Below, piece after piece: positions 24,983 to 36,705 of a DNA stretch of 64,000 nt (the stretch's first letter is position 1; each line of letters opens with the position of its first letter). The DNA comes from Octopus sinensis (lineage: Eukaryota), in contig NC_043015.1 of assembly GCF_006345805.1 (NCBI RefSeq), positions 40,486,001 to 40,550,000 on the forward strand, given 5' to 3'. Below the pieces are notes generated by a model. It saw nothing but the letters and a program-made list of their open reading frames with translations, did not search any database and was not told the origin of the DNA. The position numbers and the translations under genes were made by a program.

Positions 24983-25870
24983 CATGAGTGCAAACATCTG
25001 TGTCTGTGTGTGGATGTTTATAAAATGACGCCTCAGTAATATGTATTCTCCTAACCCATGCTAGCATAGAAAAATAGAGGTAAAAATGAACAATGAATAA
25101 ATATATATTTGGAAGTGTATGTGCATGTGTGTTTGTTCATAAAGAAAGATCAGTGTTGTATCAAAAAGCATGACTTAGCAATTCAGCAACTTCAGGAATC
25201 GATAAAATAACAAACTGAAAATAGACGCTGTCATTTTGATATTATCAACTGAATCCTTAAAGCTGGTGCACCAGTATGGCCACAGCCCGATGAATGAAAG
25301 CAGCAAAAAAAAAACAAAAAAAAACTAAAAGACAATTTATATCAAAAGAAAAAACCAAACAAAAAAAAAAACAAAAAAACATGGCAATTTGGTTGGATTC
25401 TGAGAATTGATGGAAGAGAATTAGATTTGGTCGGTCGTCCATTTGTGGAATATCAGCAGAGAAAAGCAGAACGTACGGAACGGACAAGAAGAAGAAGAAG
25501 AAGAGACGTGGAAGAGGGAAAGTAAATGGAAGTGAAAATGAAATGATTAATATGGAATAATCAGAGAATGAAAACAATAATTGGTTAATAGTATTGTACC
25601 GAGTTGATTGGTGGCCATGTTGGAGACTGGGAGGGAGAGGAAGGAGAGAGGGGGAGAGACGTGTCTTGTTATGTCCCTCTCTCTCTGTCAATGAGAGAGA
25701 GAGAGAGAGAGACATCTATGCTTTTTATGATGTCCCTCACTGTCACAGAGAGGAGTGAGAGTGAGAGAGAAGGCAAAGGAGAGAGTGAGAGAGAAGAGGA
25801 GAGAGTGACACATTCACACAGATGTTTTTATTATGTCCTTCTCTGTCATTGAAAAGTAGAGGGAGGTAAG

Positions 25871-25902
<32 letters not shown>

Positions 25903-26011
25903 TGAAGGAGACATGCATAACTATGCTTCATTTCTCATCCGCCTCTCTCTCTCTCTGTCTGTGCCATGCTTTTTTTTATCATGTCCCTCTCTGTCACAGA
26001 AAAGCTAGAGT

Positions 26012-26055
<44 letters not shown>

Positions 26056-26098
26056 ATGTTTATTACGTCTCTCTCTTTCTGTCACTGAAAGCCAGAGA

Positions 26099-26157
<59 letters not shown>

Positions 26158-26551
26158 GAGAGAGAGAAAAAGAGAAAGAGAGAGAGAAAGCGAGAGAGAT
26201 GCTCAACTGTTCTGAAGCAGCCATTTCATAATCGTCATGATGAAGTCTGGTTGCTCAGTAACAAAATGTGTAATAACAGAGAGAGAGAGAAGAGTTGTTA
26301 TTGTGCTGTTCTGGATTAGTTCCATACAGTGGAGCAGAGGAGAAAGAGGACAGACAAAGAGACAGGCGGAAGGAGGGGGGGCAGGGGGAATCGGTAGAGG
26401 GTAGATTACACCCTTGCTAGTGTCTGTCAAAACTAATGACAAACCCCAGCACCAGTGCTTCTCCAATCATTTTTGCACTGAAGTCTGGTTTCATGCAGGA
26501 CAATTTTTCCAGTCGACTGGGAGGATCAAGTGCATCATATATTTCTCTCTC

Positions 26552-26844
26552 TCTATATATAAAGCTGAAGTTGTCTGTGTGGTGTGGCAGGTTTGGTAGC
26601 CTTCAACTAACACTATCTCCTCTGAGACCCTGCGGCGCAAGTTGACCAAAATTGAGAGTATGATAGAAGAAGGCTTGCTCTTCCTTCCGTACAAGAAAAA
26701 ATTCAAATCAAACCATGTTAACACCAAAAATTATTTACATCAAAAAGGTGCTTTTTTTTCTATGAAAATCCATATTTTTTGCAATTTTTTGACTCTTGTG
26801 TCGCCATTTTTCGGTGTATTTCAACTAGAAAAATGTTCACTTAA
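26552..26844 (+). mobile_element. Possible 5' fragment of a non-autonomous Helitron
   Basis: Starts TCTATATATAAAGCTGAAGTTGTCTGTGT, like known Helitron 5' ends; no CTRR 3' end seen. Confidence 0.4.
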
Positions 26845-27063
26845 CCCTTTAGTATTTAAACCGGCCATATTCGGCCAAAATATTTAATCTGTTTTATGTT
26901 CAAATTGACCAGATCCAGGCTCTCACACCTACCCTACAATGTTATTCTACATTAAGTAGTTACACCATCAAGATCTTGAAAATATGAGATAATGCATGAT
27001 TAATTCAAATCAATGGGAATCAATAAGCATTGTGTTTGATAGAATAATCTGAACACTAAAGGG
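26845..27063. mobile_element. piggyBac-type MITE, second family
   Basis: TTAA-CCCTTTAG...CTAAAGGG-TTAA; relatives near 13240, 14694, 29161, 37590, 55200 and 57794. Confidence 0.85.
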
Positions 27064-28686
27064 TTAAAGAGAATAACAAGCTACATAAAGCAAAATTCTG
27101 GCCTCAAACTGGATGACCAGTTGTTTTTGGAAACAGAATGGACTTTACTAAACTGGACAATGGATTAAAGAGGTGAGATGGTAAGATGTTGTGTGGGGAG
27201 TGGGGAGAGACATGGCTGTAGAATGGGGTGGGGTGGGGCACAATGGTTGAGAGTAAAGAAGTGAAGCTTGGTGGAATGATGAGGTCATGCGATGGTGGTA
27301 GTGGTGGTATGGTAGTGGTGACCATGATGATGATGTTGATGATGATGACAGGATCTGGTGTTTTAAGAAGGTAGATGAAACTAAATGGACACCTGAACCG
27401 ATTGCCCACTTTTGTCTGTCAAGTAGTATTGAGAAAGAGAGAGAGAGAGAAAGAAAGGAGGAGAAAGAGAGAGAGAGCAAGTCCCAGACAGACAGACAGA
27501 CAAGTTGTAAACAGCCGGCAGAAAGTAGTTTCCTTGAGACCAACTTGTCAAACTAGTTTCCAGTCTGTTTATCTGACATATCTCAGAGATAACGGGTGGG
27601 GTGGGGAAGATCTTTAGGGTCAGGGCCAGGGAAGTGGTGTAGTAGTGGGGTGGGGTGAGGGAAAGATTGGTGGAGAAACATCTGGAAAGATCCGGGACAA
27701 AATGATATAAGAAGGTTGGCTAAAGTATTTAGCTGTTGCTGTTTAGCCACAGGTCAGCCTTCAGTCAGCAAACAAAGCATGAGTGATGTTCCAGCCATGA
27801 CCAACCACACCACAATGTCTCCGTACTACATGTATAGTATTTAATGTTCTTTCCCTTTCAAGACAGTGGGGTATGATTTGTTTGGCTGCTGTTTCTAGCG
27901 GACTGTATGACCATGTAAAAGTTTCTTTGCTGTTATGTTTCTTGTTGTTGCTGCTTAGTGCCACGTCAGTCCCAACTGAGTAGACTAATGATCATAGGCA
28001 TTCCAGCTGCGACCATCCAACCTTTATTCTGTGGGCAAAGAACTTGGGACCACATTTCTCACAGTAGAGGCCTGTGATTTGAGGGAGATTTTGCTATTCT
28101 TTCTGGCAGGTGGAGCAACAACACTGAACAGTCAGTCATAGGTAGACTGTGGCCTGCAACACTTTCTGAATGGCATGCTTAATGAAAAATTAACTTGATT
28201 ATCATCATCATCAACGTTTAACGTCCACATTCCATGCTAGCATGGGTTGGACGATTTGACTGAGGACTGGCAAACCAGATGGCTGCACCAGGCTCCAATC
28301 TTGATTTGGCAGAGTTTCTACAGCTGGATACCCTTCCTAACGCCAACCCCCCCTGAGAGTATAGTGGGTGCTTTTAAGTGCCAGTCAGTTGGTACTGGCA
28401 ACAGCCACACCCAAATGGAGTTTTTTTATGTGTCACTGGCACACCGGCACAAGTGCCAGTAAGGCGACGCTGGTAATGATCACGCTTGAATGGTGCCCTT
28501 TATGTGCCACCAGCACAGATGCCAGTTAGCCGCTCTGGCAACAATCCCGCTCGGATAATGTGGCCGATGATGGGCCATGTCTCATGCAGCCTACTTCATT
28601 GGAAAAGATTGCCCAAGCCTGAGATAGAGGATCCAACTTGGGATTGTTATGGTGTCCAGGAGGTGTAGAAATTTCTAGTATATTAA

Positions 28687-28923
28687 GGTGGCGAGCTGAC
28701 AGAAACGTTAGCACGCCGGGCGAAATGCTTAGTGGTATTTCGTCTGCCGTTACGTTCTGAGTTCAAATTCTGCCGAGGTCGACTTTGCCTTTCATCCTTT
28801 CAGGGTCGATAAATTAAGTACCAGTTGCGCACTAGGGGTCGATATAATCGACTTAATTCATTTGTCTGTCCTTCTTTGTCCCCTCTGTGTTTAGCCCCAT
28901 GTGGGCAATAAAGAAATAAGAAA
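28687..28923 (+). mobile_element. SINE family B, full length
   Basis: Head GGTGGCGAGCTGACAGAAACGTTAGC, B box GAGTTCAAATTC, centre GTCGACTTTGCCTTTCATCCTTT, tail CAATAAAGAAATAAG. Confidence 0.9.
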
Positions 28924-30740
28924 TGTTATATGTATTTGTAGTTTGGTTTCATGTGTATGAGTACATGTATAACGGATGTAGGTCAGAAGTGTCGTGTGTT
29001 TGTGGGGCAGCCAGGGCTCCACCCTGCAACTCTTACACTTTTATAAAAGAACACACATCCATGAACACCAATAGGTGTGACAAGTCTGACATCATGGCAA
29101 CCAGCATCCCACTACACACACAAAGAAACTCTCTCTCTCATGCACTCAAATGTTACAGCTTTAACCCCTTAGCATCCAAACTGGCCGTACCTGGCCCAAT
29201 TATCCTCCATCTTATGTTCAAACTAGCCAGATCCGGCCTCTCACACCTACCTGACAATGTCATTCAAATCATAAACAATCTCATCATTGAAATCTCACAG
29301 CTACAAGATAACGCATGATTAATCCAAAACAAAGTAAATAAATAAACAATTCATCTGACAGAGAAATCTGAACCCTAAAGGGTTTAAGGAATCATAATAC
29401 GGCATTTGTCTCACCATGTTTCAGGAAATGTGAAACAAACGTACTCCTGGATAGCACTATAGTCCATCCATGGAGTATCATTACAAATTCTCTGACATCT
29501 AAGTGGACAATGTAGAATTTATTATTATTATTATTAGTAGTAGTAGTAGTAGTAGTAATAGCATTAGCAGTAGTAGTAGTAGTAGCAGTGGCGGCAGTAG
29601 CAGTGGTTGTGATGGTAGTTATGATGGTGGTGGTGGTGGTGGAACAGTGTCTGGAGAAAGATCCTGTGCATCCAGTAGTTATGACCTCCACTAAATTCCA
29701 ATCTAACACTGGAGATGTAATTGTCTATTTAATTATTAACTTAATATAATTATGGCTAAATTAGTTTATTTTTCTTTCTTTCTATTTCTTTTTTTTATTT
29801 CTATTCTACAACCATGACAGAAACTTAATGAGGTGCTCCAGGTAAGAAATCATCATCTCTGTCTCTCTCTCTCTGTACCTGACTGTCTGTGTGTCTCTCT
29901 GGGCTAATTCGAAAAAGATGGTGGTGGTAGTGGTGGTAGGGGAAATGGTTGCCAAGAGAGATAGCATATGACATAGACAAATAGACATGAACTGGGGCGG
30001 GGCGGGGGTCACAGATGGACAAACAGACAGCCAGACAGTTTTGATGGAGAGATTTATAAACAGAGTGATGTGGACATTGAGAGACAGATAGGAAGGTAGG
30101 TAAATACGAGACACTTATATATATAAACTTACAGGTAGATTGAGACAGAGAAGTTCACAAATATACATAGGTGTATATATATAGGCAGGTGGACAAACAG
30201 GAAGGTAAACATAGATAATTGTATGTAGTTAGACATACAGACAGACATATAGATAGGCAGACAGACAGGTAAACAGATAAAGATACATAGACAGACCACT
30301 AGTCAGACAAGTAGACTGTCAGACTGATACATATATATATATATATATATATAGGTGCCAGCCTCGTCTGGCACCTATGTCGGTGGCACATAAAAAGCAC
30401 CCATTACACTCACGGAGTGGTTGGCGTTAGGAAAGGCATCCAGCTGTAGAAACACTGCCAGATCTGACTGGCCTGGTGCAGCCTTCGGGCTTCCCAGGCC
30501 CCGGTCGAACCATTCAACCCATGCTAGCATGGAAAGCGGACGTTAAACGATGATGATGATGATATATATATATAAAATACAAAATGGGACAAGAATGCAA
30601 AACATCCGGACATCTAGGTGATATAAAAGGGGACAACAAAACATCCAGATAGATGATACAAAAAAAACAAGGACAGGTCATTCGAAGCCTTTTATCCTCA
30701 GTCAAGAACTTGATCATCCTCGCAATTTCAGCTGATTAAC

Positions 30741-31350
30741 TGTTACGAATGGGAATTATACTTAGATAATTTCTTGTTTGCACGACATGAATTAGAACAC
30801 TGTTCTCTGGGTTTTAGAACACCGTTCTCTGGGTTTTATGAGTCATCGCAACAATTGTGTGGTGTTACCAGACACTGTACGGAGCCGAGAGAGCCAGGTA
30901 ATATCATGATCTAAGTTGCTGGACAAGAGGTCACACTTCCTATGTGGTGGAGATGGAAGATCAGTGTATCTCTGGTCTGGACTACTTGGCATCAGTGGCT
31001 TGTCAGCCAGACTTGTGTTCCATGAAGCTTCCGGTGAAAGGAAGATCAGTCCCTGTCAAGGTGGTAAAGTGGACCACTCCTGGCAGTGAGATGAGAGCAT
31101 TACGGACGACAGTGATAACACCAAAATTGGAAAAACTGTTCCAGTGTTGTTTGAGTGGCTGATGTGATGGCTGCCTGAGGCTGGTGGAGCACGGCAGATG
31201 ATACAAGATGAAAGCTGGAGTGATGGTTGGACGAACCCTGGTGGAGCACCATATCAACACGGGAGATCATTGCCCAATCAAGCAGCCAGTTCAGAGCATG
31301 GCCCCAGTTCAGGGACGGGAAATGGGCGAGGTGATGAAACATCAGCGTGA
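30741..31350 (+). mobile_element. Gypsy LTR-retrotransposon remnant (end of protease and pre-RT region)
   Basis: Begins TGTTACG; VVEMEDQCISGLDYL...DL and RTLVEHHINTGDHCPIKQP are typical Gypsy pol motifs. Confidence 0.75.
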
Positions 31351-31379
31351 TACTAGGGCTAGTGAGATCAACTTTAAGG

Positions 31380-31572
31380 AAAAAAAAAAGCAAAAGACGA
31401 AGACAGGTGGTGTACAAAACAAACAGATCTATTAGTATAACACTCAGGAATAGAAAAAAGTCTTTTACGTTTCGAGCCTACGCTCTTCTACAGAAAGGGT
31501 CACGGAAAAAACAAGGAGAGAAACAAGGAGAGAAGAAAAAAATGTATGTAGTGGCTACCGATCTATCATGGT
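31380..31572 (-). mobile_element. Penelope-like non-autonomous repeat with a hammerhead-like motif (31462-31497)
   Basis: Minus strand CTTT-CTGTAGA-A-GAGC-GTAG-GCTC-GAAA-CG-TA-AAAG; second copy at 44640-44830. Confidence 0.6.
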
Positions 31573-31591
31573 GACTGATACATCTATCTAT

Positions 31592-31636
<45 letters not shown>

Positions 31637-33289
31637 GATAGACACAGACAGACAAATAGATAGATAGACAGATAAACAGACAGACAGACAAATAGATAGA
31701 TAGATAGATAGACACAGACAAATAGATAGATAGACAGACAGATAGGTAGATAGATAGATAGATGGATATACATGGATAGGTAGATAGATAGACAGACATA
31801 TGGAAAGATAGACAATGACAAACATATGGAGAGAGACACAGATATAAAAAAAGAAAAGAAAAAAACCGACATAGCGACAGGCGAACAGACAAAGCAAGAG
31901 AGTAGGGAAGATAACTGAAAATTGGCAAGATCGAGGGTACGTTCGTTACAAGATGCCTATATTTAACCAATCATTTACAGAATATAATTACCAATTCTTT
32001 CAGAAGTATCACCTTTTTTTCCATCCTTCTTCACTACTCTGCATCCACGTAACTTATTTTAAACTTCTAACACTGGCTAATCGGCCCAGACATTTTGCAA
32101 TCGTTATCTCCTTAACGAAGGTTCCACATCGACACACAAACACCTACAACTCTTTAAAGATTGTTTGTAACTAAATTACAAGAAAACAACCCTCCCCCCC
32201 CCACCTCACTTTTCCACGAAAAGAAAAAAAAAAAAGGGATATATTTTTAGCCTCAAGACAACCTGACGAGGTGAGAAAACGTGGTCGGGAAGCGGGGGGA
32301 AGGGAGAGAGAATTTTGTTGGTTTTTTTCCCAGCCAAGAAGAGCAAGTGTAACTTTGGTATTCAGTAGAACTGGTTTTAGAAAAACGTTGAAATAATTCC
32401 GCCTCACTTAATAACCTCAACATTTAAGGAAAGCACTGAGACAAAAAAAGTGACGAGGCGGGTGGGAGGATGATGATGATGATGATGATTTGGATAGATG
32501 GGGGAGGGGATAGTTGTGTTAATCACAGCCTTCACCACCACCAGCCCTTGACCTGGTTTTGCTTTCATCGTCCCTGGAGGGGAGCAAAAGCAAAGACGAC
32601 CTCAGCTGTATTTGAACCAAGAAGTCAATAAATACAGAAATACTGCAAAGCATTTTAGCCAACAGCCAATCTAATAATGCCCTAACGATGTTAATTAGAA
32701 TAATGGTTTATGAGATTAAAAACTTTGGTGAGAACACAGTACTATGACGAAATAGACCTCAGTACATTACTGGTATCTATTATTGGTGCAAAAGTGTTTA
32801 AGTGCAAAATTTCTCAAATTCCATTAGGATTTGAACACAGGATGTGTAGCCAAGAGGTTCACTCTACTACAACAACAAGGTTTCAAGAATTAGGTTCTCT
32901 AGCAGGGTACCCTGGGGCAAGTGGCTTCTACCACAGACAATGCCTTTAGTGACCGGAATTGCATAGAAGGAATCGTTATTTATATGACAACCATAATCGT
33001 TATTTATATGACAACAGCTAACGAACATTGACCCATGCATTGATTATTGATCAGAAATCAGATAAATTCATATCTGTGGCTTGCTGGGACACTCCAATTA
33101 TTGTATACAAGTGTTCCATGTTGGCGTAATACACACATACATATCTATGAATGTATGTGCATGTTTTATAGTGACGGGTCCCTAGCCATTGTCACAGTTT
33201 GCTTCTAGAAGAAGGACACTGATGTAAGACTTGCTGGTCAGCTCACTTCAGCCGGTCATTAGGTACTAATCAGAGTGATACTCATGTTA

Positions 33290-33655
33290 TATAAACACTG
33301 ACCACTATAATCCGATGACGTACAGATGTCTCCTTATGGTGACCTCATTTGTCCTTCCATCGTCCATCGACTGACAGTGTTATGGCAGTAAAAGAGTGGC
33401 AATGATTGCAGATCCAACAAGTGGATGGATGAAAAATGTTTGCAATTTCGATTGAGGAATTCCTCATGGCACAAAATGATCCGACCAATCCAGTGCAAGT
33501 TTCAACCTTTTTTCTGTGACCTTTGCTTCAAACCATGCAGATTTGCAGTGGGATTGAACAGCCATCTGGGTGGTCATGGAGGGAAGGTCGGAAATGCTAC
33601 TGACGATGAGGAAGCACAAGGAGACAGTAATCATCTGTGAAGATGGAACAATCAC
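33290..33655 (+). pseudogene. Degenerate RTE-type LINE 3' end with terminal C2H2 finger
   Basis: FFCDLCFKPCRFAVGLNSHLGGH just before the stop, then a short ATCATCTGTGAAGATGG hairpin-like tail. Confidence 0.5.
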
Positions 33656-33690
33656 ATGTATGTATGTGTATGGATATATATATATGTGTG

Positions 33691-33788
<98 letters not shown>

Positions 33789-34197
33789 CAGAAAGAGAGA
33801 GATACATATAAGCACGTACGTTGTATATTGGCGAGAACATTGCCAATAGATTGGTGCTCTGAACAAAAATACCTTGTGTTATTTATTCAAGCCCGAGTTT
33901 GAGTCTCACAATCAATTCCTTGTCGTTCAACCCGCCCCCCACCCCCAACACCCCACCCCACCCCACCCCACCATAACTGTAGTGTCTGTAATGAAAGAGT
34001 GTGTGTGTGGTGTGTGTGTGTGTTTGTGGAGAATCTGATGAATTGTAAAGACAAGAAATTAATTGGTGTGGAAGAGTTAAAAATGAAAAAAGCGATAAAC
34101 GGTAAACACCATCATCATCATCATCATCATCATCATCACTGCCATCGCCGCTTTCATCACTCCACCTGATCGTTATCACCATCATCAACACTCCACC

Positions 34198-34229
<32 letters not shown>

Positions 34230-34727
34230 GCAAACAACAAAAATAACATCAACAACAAGAGAAAAGAATGTGAAAAAGGTTTGGTTAGCAGCATTTTGGT
34301 GGTGGTGTTGGCGGCGGTGGTGTTATTGGAAATGGTGGTGGTGGCGAAGGGGGGGGGGGTGTTAGTGTGTTGGTGGAGATGTCGGCAGCGGTGTGTGTGT
34401 GTGTGTGTGTGTGTGTGTGGTATGTTGGCAATGGTAATTGCATTGGAGGTTAATGTGTTGGAAGGAATGGTATGTTGGAGGTGATGGTCGTGGTGAGTTG
34501 GAAGTGTTAGTGGTGGTGTTTGGGGATGAGGGTGATGGTGGAAGTTCCATGCTCAATCGTGTTTCCATGGGTTTGTGCAGTGAGTGCAAAGGGCGATGGT
34601 GGTGGTGGTTGGTGGTTGTGTCAAGACAGGAGCGGGGTGGAGGCATGACGCTGTGGGCATTGTGATGATAGCAGAATGGAGCGCAGTGGCATTGGGCAGG
34701 CGGATAAAATGGGGGTGAAATACATAC

Positions 34728-34906
34728 GTAACACCGTACCGTCATGGGACTTCCTGGGGGCATCCCTGGCATCTGAGGAGCTAATATCACATTGGTCAGT
34801 ATGCCATGCTCATCGACGATCTGCTGTACCATATGACCAGGAGCCACTTGCATAGGCATGGGTAACGGTGGACCACTATTGGAGACCATCCGTACTGTGG
34901 CAGGAC
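34728..34906 (-). CDS. FNDC3A: Internal exon of fibronectin type III domain-containing protein 3 (FNDC3A/B, mtgo homolog), N-terminal Pro-rich region
   Basis: Acceptor TTATACTTTCAG; phase-1 start (G)PATVRMVSNSGPPLPMPMQVAPGHMVQQIVDEHGILTNVILAPQMPGMPPGSPMTVRCY, matching the conserved FNDC3 motif GPAxVxM...VPPGxxxQxIxDxxGxxxVxxxPQ; phase-0 donors GTACGG (34739) or GTATGT (34727). Confidence 0.88.
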
Positions 34907-36429
34907 CTGAAAGTATAACAACAAAACATTAGTAAACAAATTTGAACATTTGGACAATTAAACAAACCCCTTTTTTACGGCTCCCACAAGGGATTCAGTT
35001 GAACACTTTATACATAACCCTTTACTCCAGTGTGACCTGACCCTTGCCTTCACCATCAGCTGGTATTGAACCCAGCTCCTATCACTGGCTGAGGGTGACT
35101 CTTGACCTTAGTGGTAGCTGAAATTTTTTTCCTTTTTATTTGCTGAATTTGGAATAAGGGGCAGTGCTCATGACCTTTACAGGCTCCAAGAGACTGGTGA
35201 TGATCCCTTATTTTGTGCCAAGGTCAATGAATTTGATGCCTTAAATGTTCAACAACCCTTGTTAAAATGTTGCCCTTTAAATTAAATCATTGACTGAATT
35301 GTCATCAACATCATCATCAACAACATAATGTTTCAGTGGCTTATGGTTATAATCCATGGATTATCAAAGATCCAGATGTTAGATAAACCAAAGATTAATT
35401 CAAAGTTAGACTCTGGTCTTAAATAATCCATGAATTATCCCAGAAACAGCATCCCAAGTCAAAAGTAATTCAAATCTGACTGAAACCCTATGTTAGATAA
35501 TCTAAGGATTATCTCAAAGGACCCAATTATCATTTTAGACTCTTAAGTTAGATAATCCATGAATTATGACACTTTTTTGTTACGTAATTCCAGGATCATT
35601 TAAATCCACAGATATCAGGTTGTGATGTCACAATAGTCTCAGAATCATCTTAGAAGCTTTAGATTAAAATTTCTTGTTCAAAACATCAAATTAATTAAAA
35701 GAAAAAAAAATTTCAATTAATTTTATTAAATCATTTAGTAATTATTTGAAAATTAATTGAGGCCCATAGAGACTGTCTATAGCCGTTCTTGAAGTTAGGG
35801 TCAGAAAAGGGACAGACACTAAGATCTCAGAAGACCAACCATGACTGTCATTAGCTAATTAACTTGGAGAAAGTGATTCTAGATAATTTGTTAATTATTT
35901 TTTTATTTTTGACAATAATGGTGGTGGTGGTGTGGGGGGATTTCATATTCAACCAATATGTTAGTATTTTTTTTTTAAATGTTGTTGTTGTTGTAGCTGT
36001 TAGCATTATGATGTTGCTGAAGACTGAGTCTTTGAAGATGATTTTGAGCGCCGTCTTGGCAATGATGTCTGTTAGTTCCTTGATCCAAGAAGTTCTTTAA
36101 AATGGAGATAATGTCAAGTGTGGGAGTAAAGACAGGGATTTGTCTCTGATAGGATATGAAGAAGAGTAAGTGAGAAGTGCCAACCGTTAAACCGAAGGAT
36201 TTAATGCAATATATTAGAAACTTTAATAAGAAAGAAATAGGAAAGTGAAAGGACAGGCTGTTCAAAAAGTCTCTCCGCAGTAAGTATTTTATTGCAAAAT
36301 AAATATCTACAAGATGGTAAAAGACTACAAAAGAATATATTAGACTTTACAAGACTTGTAAAAACTTTATAAGAGGTGCTGAAGGTGTCGTCCTTCATTT
36401 TTCAATAAATAAGTTGACTCTTCTACACA

Positions 36430-36705
36430 TACATTATTTACATTTGACGGATATTTGTCCTCATCTTGTTTGGTGTTAACACAACGTTTCGGCTGATATA
36501 CCCTCCAGCCTTCTTCAGGTGTCTTGGGGGAAATTTTGAACCTATAAGAATAATAATAATGACATCGAAGAATACCTTAGGAATGAGAACCCACGTTCGA
36601 AATTTCCCCAAGACACCTGATGAAGGCTGGAGGGTATATCAGCTGAAACATTGTGTTAACAACAAACAAGATGAGGACAAATATCTGTCAAATGTAAATA
36701 ATGTA
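36430..36705. repeat. Palindrome of two inverted ~111-bp Penelope-like repeats, each with a hammerhead-like motif
   Basis: Arms 36430-36541 and 36595-36705 are near-perfect reverse complements; core ACAC-CTGA(A/T)GA-A-GGCTG..CAGC(C/T)-GAAA-C(G/A)-TT-GTGT. Confidence 0.85.

Noticed and set aside
32263-32290. CTGACGA...GAAA hammerhead-like words
   Set aside because: No stem II or convincing stem I pairing.
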